From Botryllus schlosseri (Eukaryota): a stretch of 64,000 bases of DNA. Below are positions 38,501-50,688 of this stretch, one piece after another (position 1 is the stretch's first letter; each line of letters begins with the position of its first letter). Both the position numbers and the translations under genes were made by a program. Below the pieces are notes generated by a model, which saw only the letters and a list, made by a program, of their open reading frames with translations, had not been told where the DNA came from and did no database searches. The DNA is taken from positions 19,842,001 to 19,906,000 of the forward strand of contig CM119371.1 in the NCBI GenBank assembly GCA_051294905.1, given 5' to 3'.

Positions 38501-41500
38501 GGAAAACGACAAAGTCGGTTGTCCGCAGTAAACGGGGCAACCGGCAACAAATTATTTTACCTGCAAGACCTGAGGTCCAACTTCCTTTTTCTTGTCGATA
38601 CCGGGGCGGAAGTAAGCGTATTCCCACCCACCAGGCTCGAACGGAGACACAAAACCTCTGGTCCGCTGCTTACGGCCGCGAACGGAAGCATCATACGTAC
38701 TTACGGAACCAAGCGTCTTCCTTTGGTTTTCCCGTCAGGCAAATATGGTTGGGAATTTACCTTGGCCGACGTGTCCCAGCCGTTGCTGGGAGCAGATTTC
38801 CTTAGGGCGCAAGATTTGCTGGTTGATGTCAAACACCATCGCCTTATTCATTTGCATTCCCTAACCAGCGTTCCTCTCGGTATTAGTGAACATGTTTCGC
38901 TTGGTCTTAATTCTGTCAGCACGGGAAGGTCTTGCTACGCGCAAATCTTAGCCGAATTTCCCGAGATTATTACCCCGCATTTTACGCATGTACAACCCAA
39001 GCACAAGGTGGAGCATCTCATCTCAACTACCGGACAGCCTATTCATTCTCGTGTAAGACGATTGGCACCTGATAAACTCGCCATCGCGCAAACTGAGTTC
39101 AATAAAATGCTAGAGTTGGGAATCATCCGCCGTTCTTCGAGCCAATGGTCTTCGCCTTTGCACATGGTGCCCAAGGGTTCCGGAGGGTGGCGGCCTTGTG
39201 GAGATTACAGGCGTCTTAATACCGCCACGCAGCCAGACCGTTACCCCATCCCACATCTTCAAGACTTCACCGCGCGTCTCGCGGGATCAAATGTCTTTTC
39301 TAAAATCGACTTGGTGCGAGGCTACCATCAGGTTCCCGTGGCACCTGATGACATTCCGAAAACGGCTATTACCACACCATTCGGATTGTTCGAATTCCTA
39401 CGCATGCCATTCGGGCTTAAAAACGCAGCGCAGACATTTCAGCGAATGATGGACATGGTTTGCCAGTCACTTGATTTTGTCTTTGTCTACCTCGACGATA
39501 TCTTGGTAGCGAGCGAATCGCTTTCGCAACACAAACGACATCTTCACGAACTTTTCGGAAGGCTATCCAAGCACGGACTGGTCATAAACATTGATAAATG
39601 CCAGTTCGGAAAACCCGTCATAGATTTCCTCGGCCACCGGGTCGATAATCACGGTGCTAAACGACTACCCGGAAAGGTAGACGCAATTTTGAAATTCCCC
39701 CGGCCCACAACAGTGAAAGGCCTTCAGAAATTTACGGGGGTGATCAATTTTTATCATCGATTCATACCCGAGGCAGCGAAAATCATGATGCCTCTCTATG
39801 GTGCTCTTTCCGGAAATCCAGAAACGCTACTTTGGACAACTGAGATGGACACTGCAATGGCAAAAGCAAAAGAAGCTCTAGCCAGCTCCACACTTCTGCA
39901 TCATCCTTTACCAGATGCAAAGCCTGCTTTGACGGTCGATGCCTCGCAATACGCAGTTGGGGCAGTTTTGGAGCAATTCATAGACCAACGCTGCTGGAGG
40001 CCATTAGCGTTCTTCAGTAAACACCTCCGACCACCGGAGCTCAAGTACAGTGCTTTTGATCGGGAATTGTTGGCTCTGCACCTTGCCATTCGACATTTCC
40101 GGTATTTTCTTGAGGGCCGCAACTTTACAGCCTTTACTGACCACAAGCCACTGACGTTCGCATTTGCGAAGATATCAGAGCCTTGGTCGGCGCGTCAGCA
40201 ACGTCACCTGTCGGCAATCTCTGAGTTTACCACAGATATTCAGCACATTGATGGGAAAAACAATCGTGTAGCTGACGCTCTTTCGCGAATTGCAATTTCT
40301 AATGTACAGAACCCGTTACTCGACTTAGATTATGAGGCAATGGCGAAAGCCCAGCTTGACCCGGAGGTACAAGCATATCGTACGGCAATATCAAATCTAC
40401 GCATCGAAAACGTTCCGCTTGGAACGGCCGGCCTTACCTTACTTTGCGACACTTCTAGAGGTACGCCACACCCAGTAGTCCCTCGCTCTTGGCGAAGGAA
40501 AGTCTTTGAAGTTGTACACGGACTCTCGCATCCTTCGATCAGAACAACACGAAAACTGGTGGCATCAAAATTTGTATGGCATGGGTTGAAGAAAGAGGCC
40601 GGATTATGGGCAAAACAATGTGTTCCGTGTACACGCGCTAAAGTACACACACACATCCGGGCACCGCTAGCGGATTATCCACCTATAACTTCTCGTTTTT
40701 AGTCGGTAAACATTGACATCGTGGGACCATTGCCAATGTCACAAGGTAAAACGTACCTGCTGACAGTAGTAGATCGTCTCACTCGCTGGCCGGAGGCGAT
40801 ACCAATGGAGGACTCGACGACATTAACGTGCGCTAGGGCATTCATCGCCAACTGGGTGGCGCGCTTCGGTATTCCAGCACACATTTCCTCCGATCGAGGA
40901 CCGCAATTTACTTCGCATTTATGGGCCCAACTCAATCAGCTACTAGGCGTGATCCTACACAGAACGACTAGTTTTCACCCGCAAGCCAATGGCCTCGTTG
41001 AACGCTTCCATCGACATTTGAAAAGTTCCCTTATGGCAAGACTCACTAGTCCAAACTGGCTGGATGAGCTACCATGGGTTCTTTTAGGCATCCGCACAAC
41101 ACCCAAAGAGGTATTGGACGCCTCTTCGGCCGAAATTGTGTACGGTGCTCCATTGACGGTTCCCGCGATTTTGTTTCTTTTTCAGGAGAAAGCGCACGTC
41201 GGGATTTGCCAACGTTACAGGAAAAGATTCGCAATCTCCTTCCACGTCCGATGTCACGACCAGGGCTTTGGAGCCGGAGCCCGGAGCCGGAGCCCCGGAG
41301 CCGTGCATTTTTACCGGAGGTGGAGCCGGAGCTCTATATAAAATTCAGCCGGAGCCGGAGCCGGAGCTGGAGCCAGTTATTTGAGGGGTAGCTCCGGCTC
41401 CGACGTATTTCATAAGATGCTATTATATATGCAACAACCATATCTGCTGAGTTCACCGAATTCAACAGCAGGCCTTCGCGATATTAAGAATCTTTTCCTC

Positions 41501-43262
41501 TTTGGCGCTACATTTTCCGACTAACCATGTTCCTGGGGGTTTGACAGCAGAGCAGTCGTATGTTCAATGTTCCATTTTCATACATGAGTGCTGAACCTCG
41601 GTATGCGCCATATGCCTGTGAATATTGTGGGTATTCGGCATACCCGCAATTTCATCATCGGCACAACCTTGTTAGCCAATTGTATACGGTTCGAAAATAA
41701 TGATCACTATGTATTACGCGAAATAGGAGAGATGTTAAAAACGTGATTTCGTTGCACATGCCGATATGACGAGCACGAGCCGAGAAATTCCGTCTCATCA
41801 TTGCTATGAATCGGATAAGCAAATACTCGTTTTTTCGTGATAGTTCTTTAGTCGGGCCGCGAAAGTGGACAGTGTTATTGCGAGTATGCAATTATGCATG
41901 CTAATTGCAATTCATTACTGCGCATCATTGTCATCTCCAGTAAGGATTTTCGAGCTTAAATAGGAGATGGCAGAAGAGTAGGCCAAAACCCCATAGTATT
42001 CTATGTTGGAGACAAACTACTGATTTGATACGCGATTTCCAATTTGTAATCATCTGTTTCGTAAACTTGTAAATGTGCAATGTGCATACGGCATAGTTTT
42101 ATTCGTTATGGGCATGGTGCAATGTGCACGGCACAGTGTTTATTTCGATTCATTTCAACGGGAAAATATTATTCCGATAAACTTGATCGACACCGGATGG
42201 ACTGGTAACGAGTGCACCAATATCGAACGTCAAACCATTGACCATTTGGTACAAATCGAATTTCTATTGATCACGTCGTTATATCCGCCCATTTTGCCCT
42301 TACTACAGTTACAGGTGTGAGTTGAATAATAATCGCACATTTAAAGATTGAACTAAGCTGTATGGTAATGGTAATCGCCTAATGGTAATGAGTACAGTGC
42401 CAGTGTTAAAACGCCGCATCAGAATTGTAATGCTGTGGCACGGAGTAAAGTGCTTTTTTTAGTTTATTGTAACATACGACGATTTACTAAGATGTGACTG
42501 GACCCTGGATCTGCCAATGCGTCGAAACTGATATTTTAGTCCAGTCATCAATAACATCCCAAGTGCCGCGGCTAGACTAATGATATTTTTGGTTGGCCTA
42601 GCGAGTTCACAATCTGAGCAATTCAATTTCGATAATATAACAGAATTTCGATAGTATAATGTGAAATTGGCTCGCGGGCTACTCGAAGCCTTCTCGCGGG
42701 CCACATATGGCCCGCAAGCCGCGGGTTGCTCACCCCTGATACAGACAGACACCTTCAATAGTTTTCAGAGCCGGAGCCGGAGCTGGAGCCGGAGCAGTGG
42801 TAATATTGCTGCTCCGGAGCTGGAGCCGGAGCTGATGTATGATAGAAGAAAGCTCCGGAGTCGGAGCTGGAGCAATGCAAATTTACGGCTGCTCCGAAGC
42901 CCTGGTCACGACACGGCACGTCAAAAACCGCAGTTCCCGGAAGTTTGAAAGAATGCACATACGTGTTCATTCGAAAGGATGCACACCGACCACCGTCGAC
43001 CAAACCTTACGACGGACCGTACAAGGTTCTGAAGAAATCGACGAAATCATTTACGCTATCCATGGGCGGCAGAACAGAAGTGGTGTCCGTCGATCGTCTA
43101 AAGCCGGCGTATATGGATCTTAACGAACCAGTGGAAGTAGCACAACCTGCAAGACGGGGCAGACCACCGCGGCAACCAAGTGAGATCGAGCAACCGCGCG
43201 ATCTTCAAAATGCAAGAAGATCGAAACGCAACAGGCATCCTCCATCTCGCTACGGTTCCTGA
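38501..43262 (+). pseudogene. pol: Outer Gypsy pol (PR-RT-RNase H-IN), disrupted
   Basis: LVDTGA, YLDD, DAS/TDHKPL, HHCC, SDRGPQF, NGLVERFH, DGPY motifs; in-frame TAG at 40700-40702, 1-nt frameshift near 41165, hAT insertion 41261-42904. Confidence 0.93.
41261..42904. mobile_element. hAT-type non-autonomous element (GGAGCC subterminal repeats) in the outer Gypsy integrase
   Basis: TIR CAGGGCTTTGGAGC/GCTCCGAAGCCCTG; perfect 8-bp TSD GTCACGAC; integrase resumes afterwards. Confidence 0.93.
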
Positions 43263-43288
43263 GGATCCCCGCCGCTGGAGGGGGATGG

Positions 43289-43439
43289 TGTAGCGACTCT
43301 ACAAGGCGCGCTCGTCGATCGTGTGATTATTTGATTGCCAATTTGTGAATGTTTGCGCGTCCCTCTTCAATGCATGCATGTTGATGCGTTTACTCGCCAG
43401 TTACTAACTTCGCTCGCAATAAACGGAGCTCTCGCTTCA
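43289..43439 (+). repeat. Outer Gypsy 3' LTR
   Basis: Identical to the 5' LTR; preceded by PPT, followed by TSD ATAT. Confidence 0.96.
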
Positions 43440-46312
43440 ATATCAATTCATTAGGGTTGAGTAGGTGACGAAATAGCGTCGTTGTTGAACTGTGTGGCCT
43501 AATTAATCTGGATATTGAATTTATGCGGCCCGCGTCCTCTATACGAAATTTGAAAATTGACCCGCGACCCATTTTGAGTTGGTGACCACTGGCATAAGCG
43601 GTGCCTTACAAAAGCCTAGAAGTGAACCGTGCTACAAGTCGGCGGTTACCGAATCAAAAATTAGAAATAGCAGTCTGGTGTAAATGACCATTGTAATCGA
43701 CAAACACCGTGATAACCACAGACGACATTAGGGTTGAGTAGGCCTACATCGTAAATGACGATAATGCAAGTCTTCTCGCTTCGACGAACTTACGAGTAAG
43801 CTCTACTCTCGCACACTGCGCATACACGTATATAAAAACACACAGTCACTGAAATTTGACATAGCAAGCAAGTAGTGGGGAATCTCGGCTGACTGGGGAC
43901 GCGGACCACCTTATCATGTAAGACGGAAAACTGTCCGCGGGCCGGATCCGGCCCGCGGGCCGTATGTTGCCCGCCCCTGCTCTACAGCTACAGCACCAGT
44001 GGAACTTTTTCACCTGTTCTCTTCTCGCATTCAGTGCACTCTAACGAGTAATAAAAGTAATTAGTTACCTGATCCTGCACTATATAATGTCATATCTGTA
44101 TTATGTGATTTCGAACATTCGAACGTATATATATATATGAAAGCATGTATGGACAGGACGAGTTGTGGTGAGTAATCAATGCGAAGACTACAGAGGTGGT
44201 AGCCTCAAATGACATTTTAATCACAGTGTGGGGGCCACAAAAGATATTATGGAGTACAACAGGAGTTTCCATCGTGGGCGATGTCCCCTCCGCCCCCAGT
44301 AGGCGAAAAGTACAAAGGGACGATAGGGAGCAAATATGTTAGAACGTTCAGTCAGATATCTTTAATTACTCGGCAACCAGATACCGGTACAAATTACACA
44401 TGACGAACGGGTCATTCTGTATCGCTGCGAAAGGTTGAACATTTTCTTTGTCAATTCACCAGTTATCAGAGTCAATTGTATAAATATCCATTTATATGTC
44501 CACTTTCTCGGATCCCAAAGTAGGGGCGGGAGCGTTAAATATAAGTCGTGCTTGATAAGAGGGCGATTAGTCGAAAAGGTTGGGAATCACGGGTGTACAA
44601 TATCATTCTCACTGTAATCGTACGTGTAATGCTTCGAAATAACATTAAACTATAACAATTCCACGGAGAGGGAAAGGATTTTCTCTAGGTACTGATCTTA
44701 ATAACTTGGACATATTAGTTAGATGAAGGAATCAGAGAAGAACATCAGAGGAAAGGATACTCTCAATGTAGCCTACTGATATTAATAACTTGTACAGAGA
44801 ACATAATAAGTTGGTGTGTAATGTGTATACGCGTTGCCTCCGTGCAAAATCTTGAAAATTTCCACATTGTCTAACGAGTGGCAAATCAAAGAATATACAC
44901 TGCATATATTCTATTTCCATTTGTTTCTGAAGCAAGTAAGAGCAGATCTGCGCTATGATCTCTTACCATCATGAATGGTAATATTGATCATTCGCCATGG
45001 CAGCTACTGGGGCAGGAGAAAGCAGAACATGCGTCCATTATGGGTGAAGAAAAGGTTTCATACATGAATGCGGCAGCAATGAAAAATTGAGAAGAACCCG
45101 CACTGGCCCGGTGACTGTACCGTGTAAGTCGGCCCCGCAACTGCCAGTATGAAGGGCTTGAACGCTTTGCTTCCAGAATAGTACGTAATTAGTAATATGA
45201 TTGTCATTTGAATGATTGTAGAGACTGCGGAAGCGAAAACCATTTATCTTCAATCCCGTGCTCACTGAACATCCGTAACGTGAATGCAAGTGACATTTAC
45301 AGGAAATCATATACCCGATCAATTTCCGAAACATGAAACCTGCTGTGAAAATATCTTCCTGTTTTCAGATATCAGATTCAGCTCAAAGGGTCCTGTAATA
45401 AGTACGGTATAGTCGATCACGCAGATTCTTACACTGATCAACGAAAAATGCTGTAGCTGTACCTTACTTGATTCTGTCAAGCTCGGTTCTGATAGTATAC
45501 CCAATGCAATTTATTCCCCGACTCCTAAAATCCATCGAGGACATAAGCAACATCGCAAGCGAGAACTTTTTGATACCAATAATTCCCGAGGAATTTGTTC
45601 CTAGCCCATCTTTAGTCGCATTTACATCCGTTGACATCATGCTATATTGATACGCCATCCAACATGCCACAGTCGCGAAGCGTCAACGCATGCCAGGTAT
45701 TAATTAGCCTCATCTTTAAATTAATGTTACCATATACCACCAACGAAAGAAAAATAAACAATCACACCGGTGCTTATGGTTGCTTTGAGACCCTGCGAAA
45801 TATCAAGGTGGACTACACAATACTACATGTCATGTCTGATTCGCTACGGCACGCAGTCGCAAAACTCCATGAATTAAAAAAATTCCAACAACATTAAAGG
45901 GATCCGCTTCAATCCAAAGTTAGCAAAGCCTGGTGAACTTTTTGCTCCGAACAAATGAACTTTCATCTGGTATTCTACCAGAGGTCCATTCCTGATGTCG
46001 TGATCTTCTAACCAGAGGAATCTTAGAAAATCACGATATGGCTGCGATACAATAAAGTGATGAAACATATCTTCTATATCTGCACACTGAGCCACGTGTC
46101 CTTTCCTAAACCTGCAAAGAACTCCCAACATCTCATTCAGTAGTATCGGACCAGACAAAGCATCATTCAGGGAAATTGAGCAGTACGGAGCAGAACAATC
46201 GAACACGACTTTGATTTTATCCGGTTTATGAGGGTGATTACCTCATAAGTGTGGTATGTAATCCACTTTGCCATTTGCGATATTTCTATCAGTTTCTGGT
46301 ACTACCTCAGCC

Positions 46313-48201
46313 CAGAGGTGGTCAGTAACGAAGTACTTCTACTTTTTCGAAGTACTCAAGTAGTTTTCTTCTTCTACTTCTGTGGTTCAGTGTTGGGATG
46401 ACTTGACTTTTTCTTATGGCATGACTTGACTCGAGTCACTTTGCAAAAATGACTTGACTTGACTTGACTCGGCGCTTCAAAAATGTTAATTGACTCGTGA
46501 CTCAGAGCAAAATTTACGGGTCAATTATTTACGGGTCAATTTCAAGTCATTAGGTAAACGAAGACGATTAAATCAACCTTATCTTGTGTACGTTTGGTTT
46601 GTTCGCGATACGCCGGTGTCACTTGTGAGAGCACCCAGTCATTCGCTGATTGTACATTTCATTGATCCACCATTATTACATCACAAATACATTGACTGCG
46701 AACGCAACGTTCACAGCTTACGTTGTCGTATAGTAGCAACGTATCTTTGTTTCATATACGGCTCAGTGCTTACATTACACAGAGATTACCTTAACCAACA
46801 CTGTTGTATGATTTAAATCGGACGAATATGGTTTATGCGTTTATATTCTCACGGATGTTTTGATGGGATGGTAGTGTATTGTACCGCATAATTTTTTTCC
46901 ACTTCTCGAGGCTTCGTATTCGATCCTCTGTATTGGCTGATCCTGATAATAACAGACTGTAGCATGAAGCTATACAGTCACTCACGTATTTTATTAGCAG
47001 TTCAACACCTTTTTGCATGTATATTCAACTTTATATTCGTTATTTGATTCAAGATAACGGCCACTTCGTCTGTCCTTCACCTATTTAGCAAAATGTAATG
47101 ACTTTGCATCATCTCCCAAACTTCGAAAATTCAATTTGACTGGAATCATGACTTGACTCGTGACTTGACTTGACTTGACTCGACTAGACTCGAATCACCT
47201 CCAAAAAATGATTGTCTTGACTTGACTCGAGACACCTTTGAAAATCGATTGACTTGACTTGACTCGAGTCAAAATGTGCAATGACTCGAGATTACTCGTG
47301 ACTCGAAGGTAGTGACTTGATCATAACACTGCTGTGGCTCCATCCACACCGCATTGTCCCCTATACCGAATATTTCATCATAGTAAGAATGGCCCCCATA
47401 ACGGTTGAAACCACCGTTTCGCAATCTAGCAATTACTTATTATACCTTGCAACCCATGACGTGTCCTAATCTGGAAAAGTGGACTTTGACCTGTTTTAAC
47501 GTTAGACCTGTTTTAGCAGACCACCGTTGAAACCTTCTGGACAAAAGACATGAAACATATTCCCCGCTATTTAGAAGTAGTATTTGCATTTAACTTTCAA
47601 CTACGATTATTATACGTTGAGTTATTATTATACAGCTTTAGTTCATTTGTCTGTAGATGCCTTATATTGTCCACTTATATTGTCACTATATGTGATATTT
47701 TTACGGTCTGCCATCTTTTAATTACCGTATACTAATCGTGCAAAGTGTTAAAGCCTTTCCGACACAACTTCTCCGTATTACTCTTCGACCGAACTAGGGG
47801 CCTTATAATATGGGGAAGGGCGCCATGCATGATATTCTCTAGATGCGGTGTTCAAGTAAACAAAGGATTAGTATCGCATTTCCATATCTATACTATCATT
47901 AACATCCCATGATGTGGACGACTGCTTATTCTGTCAAAAATTGACTCCTCCTGGGATGCATCAATATGAATCAAGCTCTCCACTTTCCATACAGCTCCAT
48001 TTGCAGCTTTTGACGGTCCACGCGAACGATTTACGATCGTTTTCACAACTGCTCAGTAGATTTAAAGTCAGTCAATTCTACTACTTCAAGTAGTTTTAGG
48101 TTGCTATGTAAGAAGTACTTCTACTCGTACCTGAGAAGATTTTTTGGTAGCTACTTCTACTTCTACTCGAGTAGCTTTCTAGACTACTTTGATCACCTCT
48201 G
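46313..48201. mobile_element. hAT-type element (CAGAGGTG TIR, AGTAG repeats) in the Pao pol
   Basis: CAGAGGTGGTC/GATCACCTCTG; TSD CCTCAGCC/CCTCTGCC; relatives at about 14625-14963, 11390, 11908 and 27127. Confidence 0.88.
46388..47331. mobile_element. hAT MITE, AAGTC/GACTT family, copy 3 (inside 46313-48201)
   Basis: TIRs as copy 1; TSD CTGTGGTT/CTGTGGCT. Confidence 0.9.
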
Positions 48202-49097
48202 CCTCTGCCCAATTTTTGACGACATTTTCCATGGAGATTGCATAGGATGCGGAATACTTTTCATCTTTATCATCTTTCAGAAGGCGCTTATCAAGTTGAC
48301 CGATTCGTTTTACAGTCAGTGGCTTGTTATTCGGTAACGTTGCCGCACTACTTTTCAAGGATAAGGGCATTTCCAAATGACCATCGCATCTTTGAAATGT
48401 GCCTTCTTTGAGAATCTCGACAAACCTACAGTCTTCTATGGACAGTGGAATACGTTTACCATGGTGCTCCGCAAATTCAATCTCAAACATGGTTCCTACT
48501 GATTGAGGTGTCAATGCTTCTTCACATTTCGAAGCGAACACAAGTTTGTCATCTATGGCCACCGGTCGAATTAACGTTTTGTGACAAACAACGGAATCCT
48601 TAGCAACGTCCAGACACATTGGACCTACAACTCCTCAACCTAATATCGTGCATACGCCATATGGCTTATTGTCACCTTCAGCCACGGTGTCTCTCGGCCA
48701 CAATGCTTTCGGTACATCTGTGCAGAGCAATACTGAAACATCCAACTTAGAGTCGTACGGGACAAGCTGATTACAAACCTCTGTGAGATGTACCCACTCC
48801 TTGCAGATTTGACGGTTGGTAATCTGGGTTCGACAGACAGGAATCTCCTCTTTCGTGAAAAGCGTCGCCACATTAACCATTTCTTTCTTGTCGTAGCTCA
48901 AGATCTCCAAATCCTTGACTTTCTTGCAAGGCGTGTTGATGTCTCTCCCGGCAAGAGTTGTCAACGAGATCTCTGTATCCATTTAATCTAGGTCAAGCTT
49001 ATCAAACAGTTCATCTGAGATAAAACTGGAGTTGGAATGGTCGTCAAGAACGCAATATCAAAGTACTTCACATCTCGCATTAGACTTTGATCTAACC

Positions 49098-50322
49098 CAG
49101 TGGTTCCCAACTTTTTTCGACTCATCGCCTCCTTTTCAAACTCCACACCGATAATCGCCCCCCAAATATTGCGAACCGAAAAATAGGCATACAGACTGAA
49201 ATCACCGGCCAGTTGACTAAGAAAAAAGGTCAATTTTCCGGCTCGACCTAGAAATTACACTTTCCAGCTAATTTTGGTGAGTTGACTAACAAAAAAGGTG
49301 ATTTCTTCGACTTGATTCCCAAAGGACCGTAACAACACTTCGTCAAACCCCCCAATACGCCGGTCTTGACCCCCCTCCATACGGCGATAAAGCAAACTTC
49401 TGCACCCCTCATACCAAACTCCCCCGATACCTCTTTACCGCTACTTCTCAGCACAAATTGTTAGACTCTTCAGTAAGTCGGCTTAATTCGCACTATGCGC
49501 GAAAAATTTCTATCATTCATGATTGAATCGGTCAATATGATCGGGAATTGCATATATGCTGCTGTCAATTTTTTCCTCTCTCTGCTCATGTATTCAGATT
49601 TACCGGTGAAGCTGAGTGAGGTGTCTTTGAAAATGTAGGTCCCGTAAATAATAATTGAACATATTCGGGCGGACCTGTGGGTATAATGACTTCGTTACGT
49701 TATGATTAATTTTTCTCTGCGAGATAGCATTTTTTTGTGGGGTTCTGATTGCCAGGACTGGAACATTTGGCACCAGCCATTTAAGCGCCTATGGACAATT
49801 AAATATATACGCATATCGTATATATATCGAAGTCGGTCAGCATAAAGGCAGTCCTTTTCCGCCAAGGTTTTCTCGTTCAGGCACACTTCTCGGAGTCGCA
49901 TGTTACATGGCCTGAAACTTCATATGTCTTGGTGCGTCATGGTGTGATAATGGCTGACGCCGAGATGCCCATTTCTATAACTCATGTGTATTATTTCTTG
50001 GAGGAAGGGTATCCAATAAGCAAGAAATATGCGACCACGAAATGGCACGCAGCGCGAATTTTTTTTGAAAAAGTTGCCTATATTGACTAAATTTCTAAAA
50101 TAATACTCTATAATTAATGTTAATTCACGAAAAAATTGTGGGCCCCCTTCGAGCTCGGGCCCCCCATCCCAATTGGGGGTTTGGGTGTGGCAGTTACGGT
50201 CATGGACGCCAATACAGCCATTTCAACGCGCCATCGCCCCCCTATCGCCTGCTTGGCAATTTTCACCCCGTGGACAGACAAACCGCCCCCTGGGGGCGAT
50301 ATCGCCACGTTGGGAACCACTG
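49098..50322. mobile_element. hAT MITE in the Pao protease region
   Basis: CAGTGGTTCCCAAC TIRs; TSD ATCTAACC/ATCCAACC. Confidence 0.9.
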
Positions 50323-50369
50323 ATCCAACCAATACAGGTACAATGAGCGCACTGCTTATGCCTCTATAC

Positions 50370-50688
50370 CAGTGGTTCTCAACCTGGGGGGCGCCCCCCT
50401 TGGGGGGGTGTGAATGAAAGCTCTGAAATGGGGCGCGAAGAAGCGGTCAACTGAAAAAAATTATCGCGCTTCGCGCGATTGACCTCCGATTCACACGTGT
50501 TTCTCTGTATATACACCGAATTTCATATTTTTTAATTCTCTCAACAACAGTTATAACCTCCATGCCATCAAAAAATCTGTTGGGGTTGATAGCATCCCGG
50601 TTGGATTTGGTGATATGAGGATAAGGGGGGCGCGAAATTTGTCACTATCATAAAGGAGGGCGTGTCTAAAAAAGGTTGAGAACCACTG
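50370..50688. mobile_element. Short hAT MITE in the Pao element
   Basis: CAGTGGTTCTCAACC TIRs; TSD CTCTATAC/CTCTATAT. Confidence 0.9.

Larger units (their letters stand above)
33712..38531 (+). pseudogene. gag: Outer Gypsy gag, split by the nested element (33712-34135 + 38287-38531)
   Basis: VKLPTFWAEEPRVWFRQAEAQF N-terminus; frame rejoins across the GATAG TSD (ENIRI-VLAKED); ends [18 protein letters not shown]. Confidence 0.92.
33518..43439 (+). mobile_element. Ty3/Gypsy LTR retrotransposon, CsRn1/Kabuki-type (outer element)
   Basis: Identical 151-bp TG..CA LTRs, ATAT TSD, tRNA-Trp PBS, PPT GGAGGGGGATGG before the 3' LTR, CHCC-type gag and PR-RT-RH-IN pol. Confidence 0.96.

Noticed and set aside
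41261..41400. RS/EP-repeat peptides at the end of the integrase ORF
   Set aside because: Read-through into GGAGCC repeats of the inserted hAT element
45464..45670. Possible exon ending in a gtaagg donor
   Set aside because: No convincing acceptor, homology or partner exons
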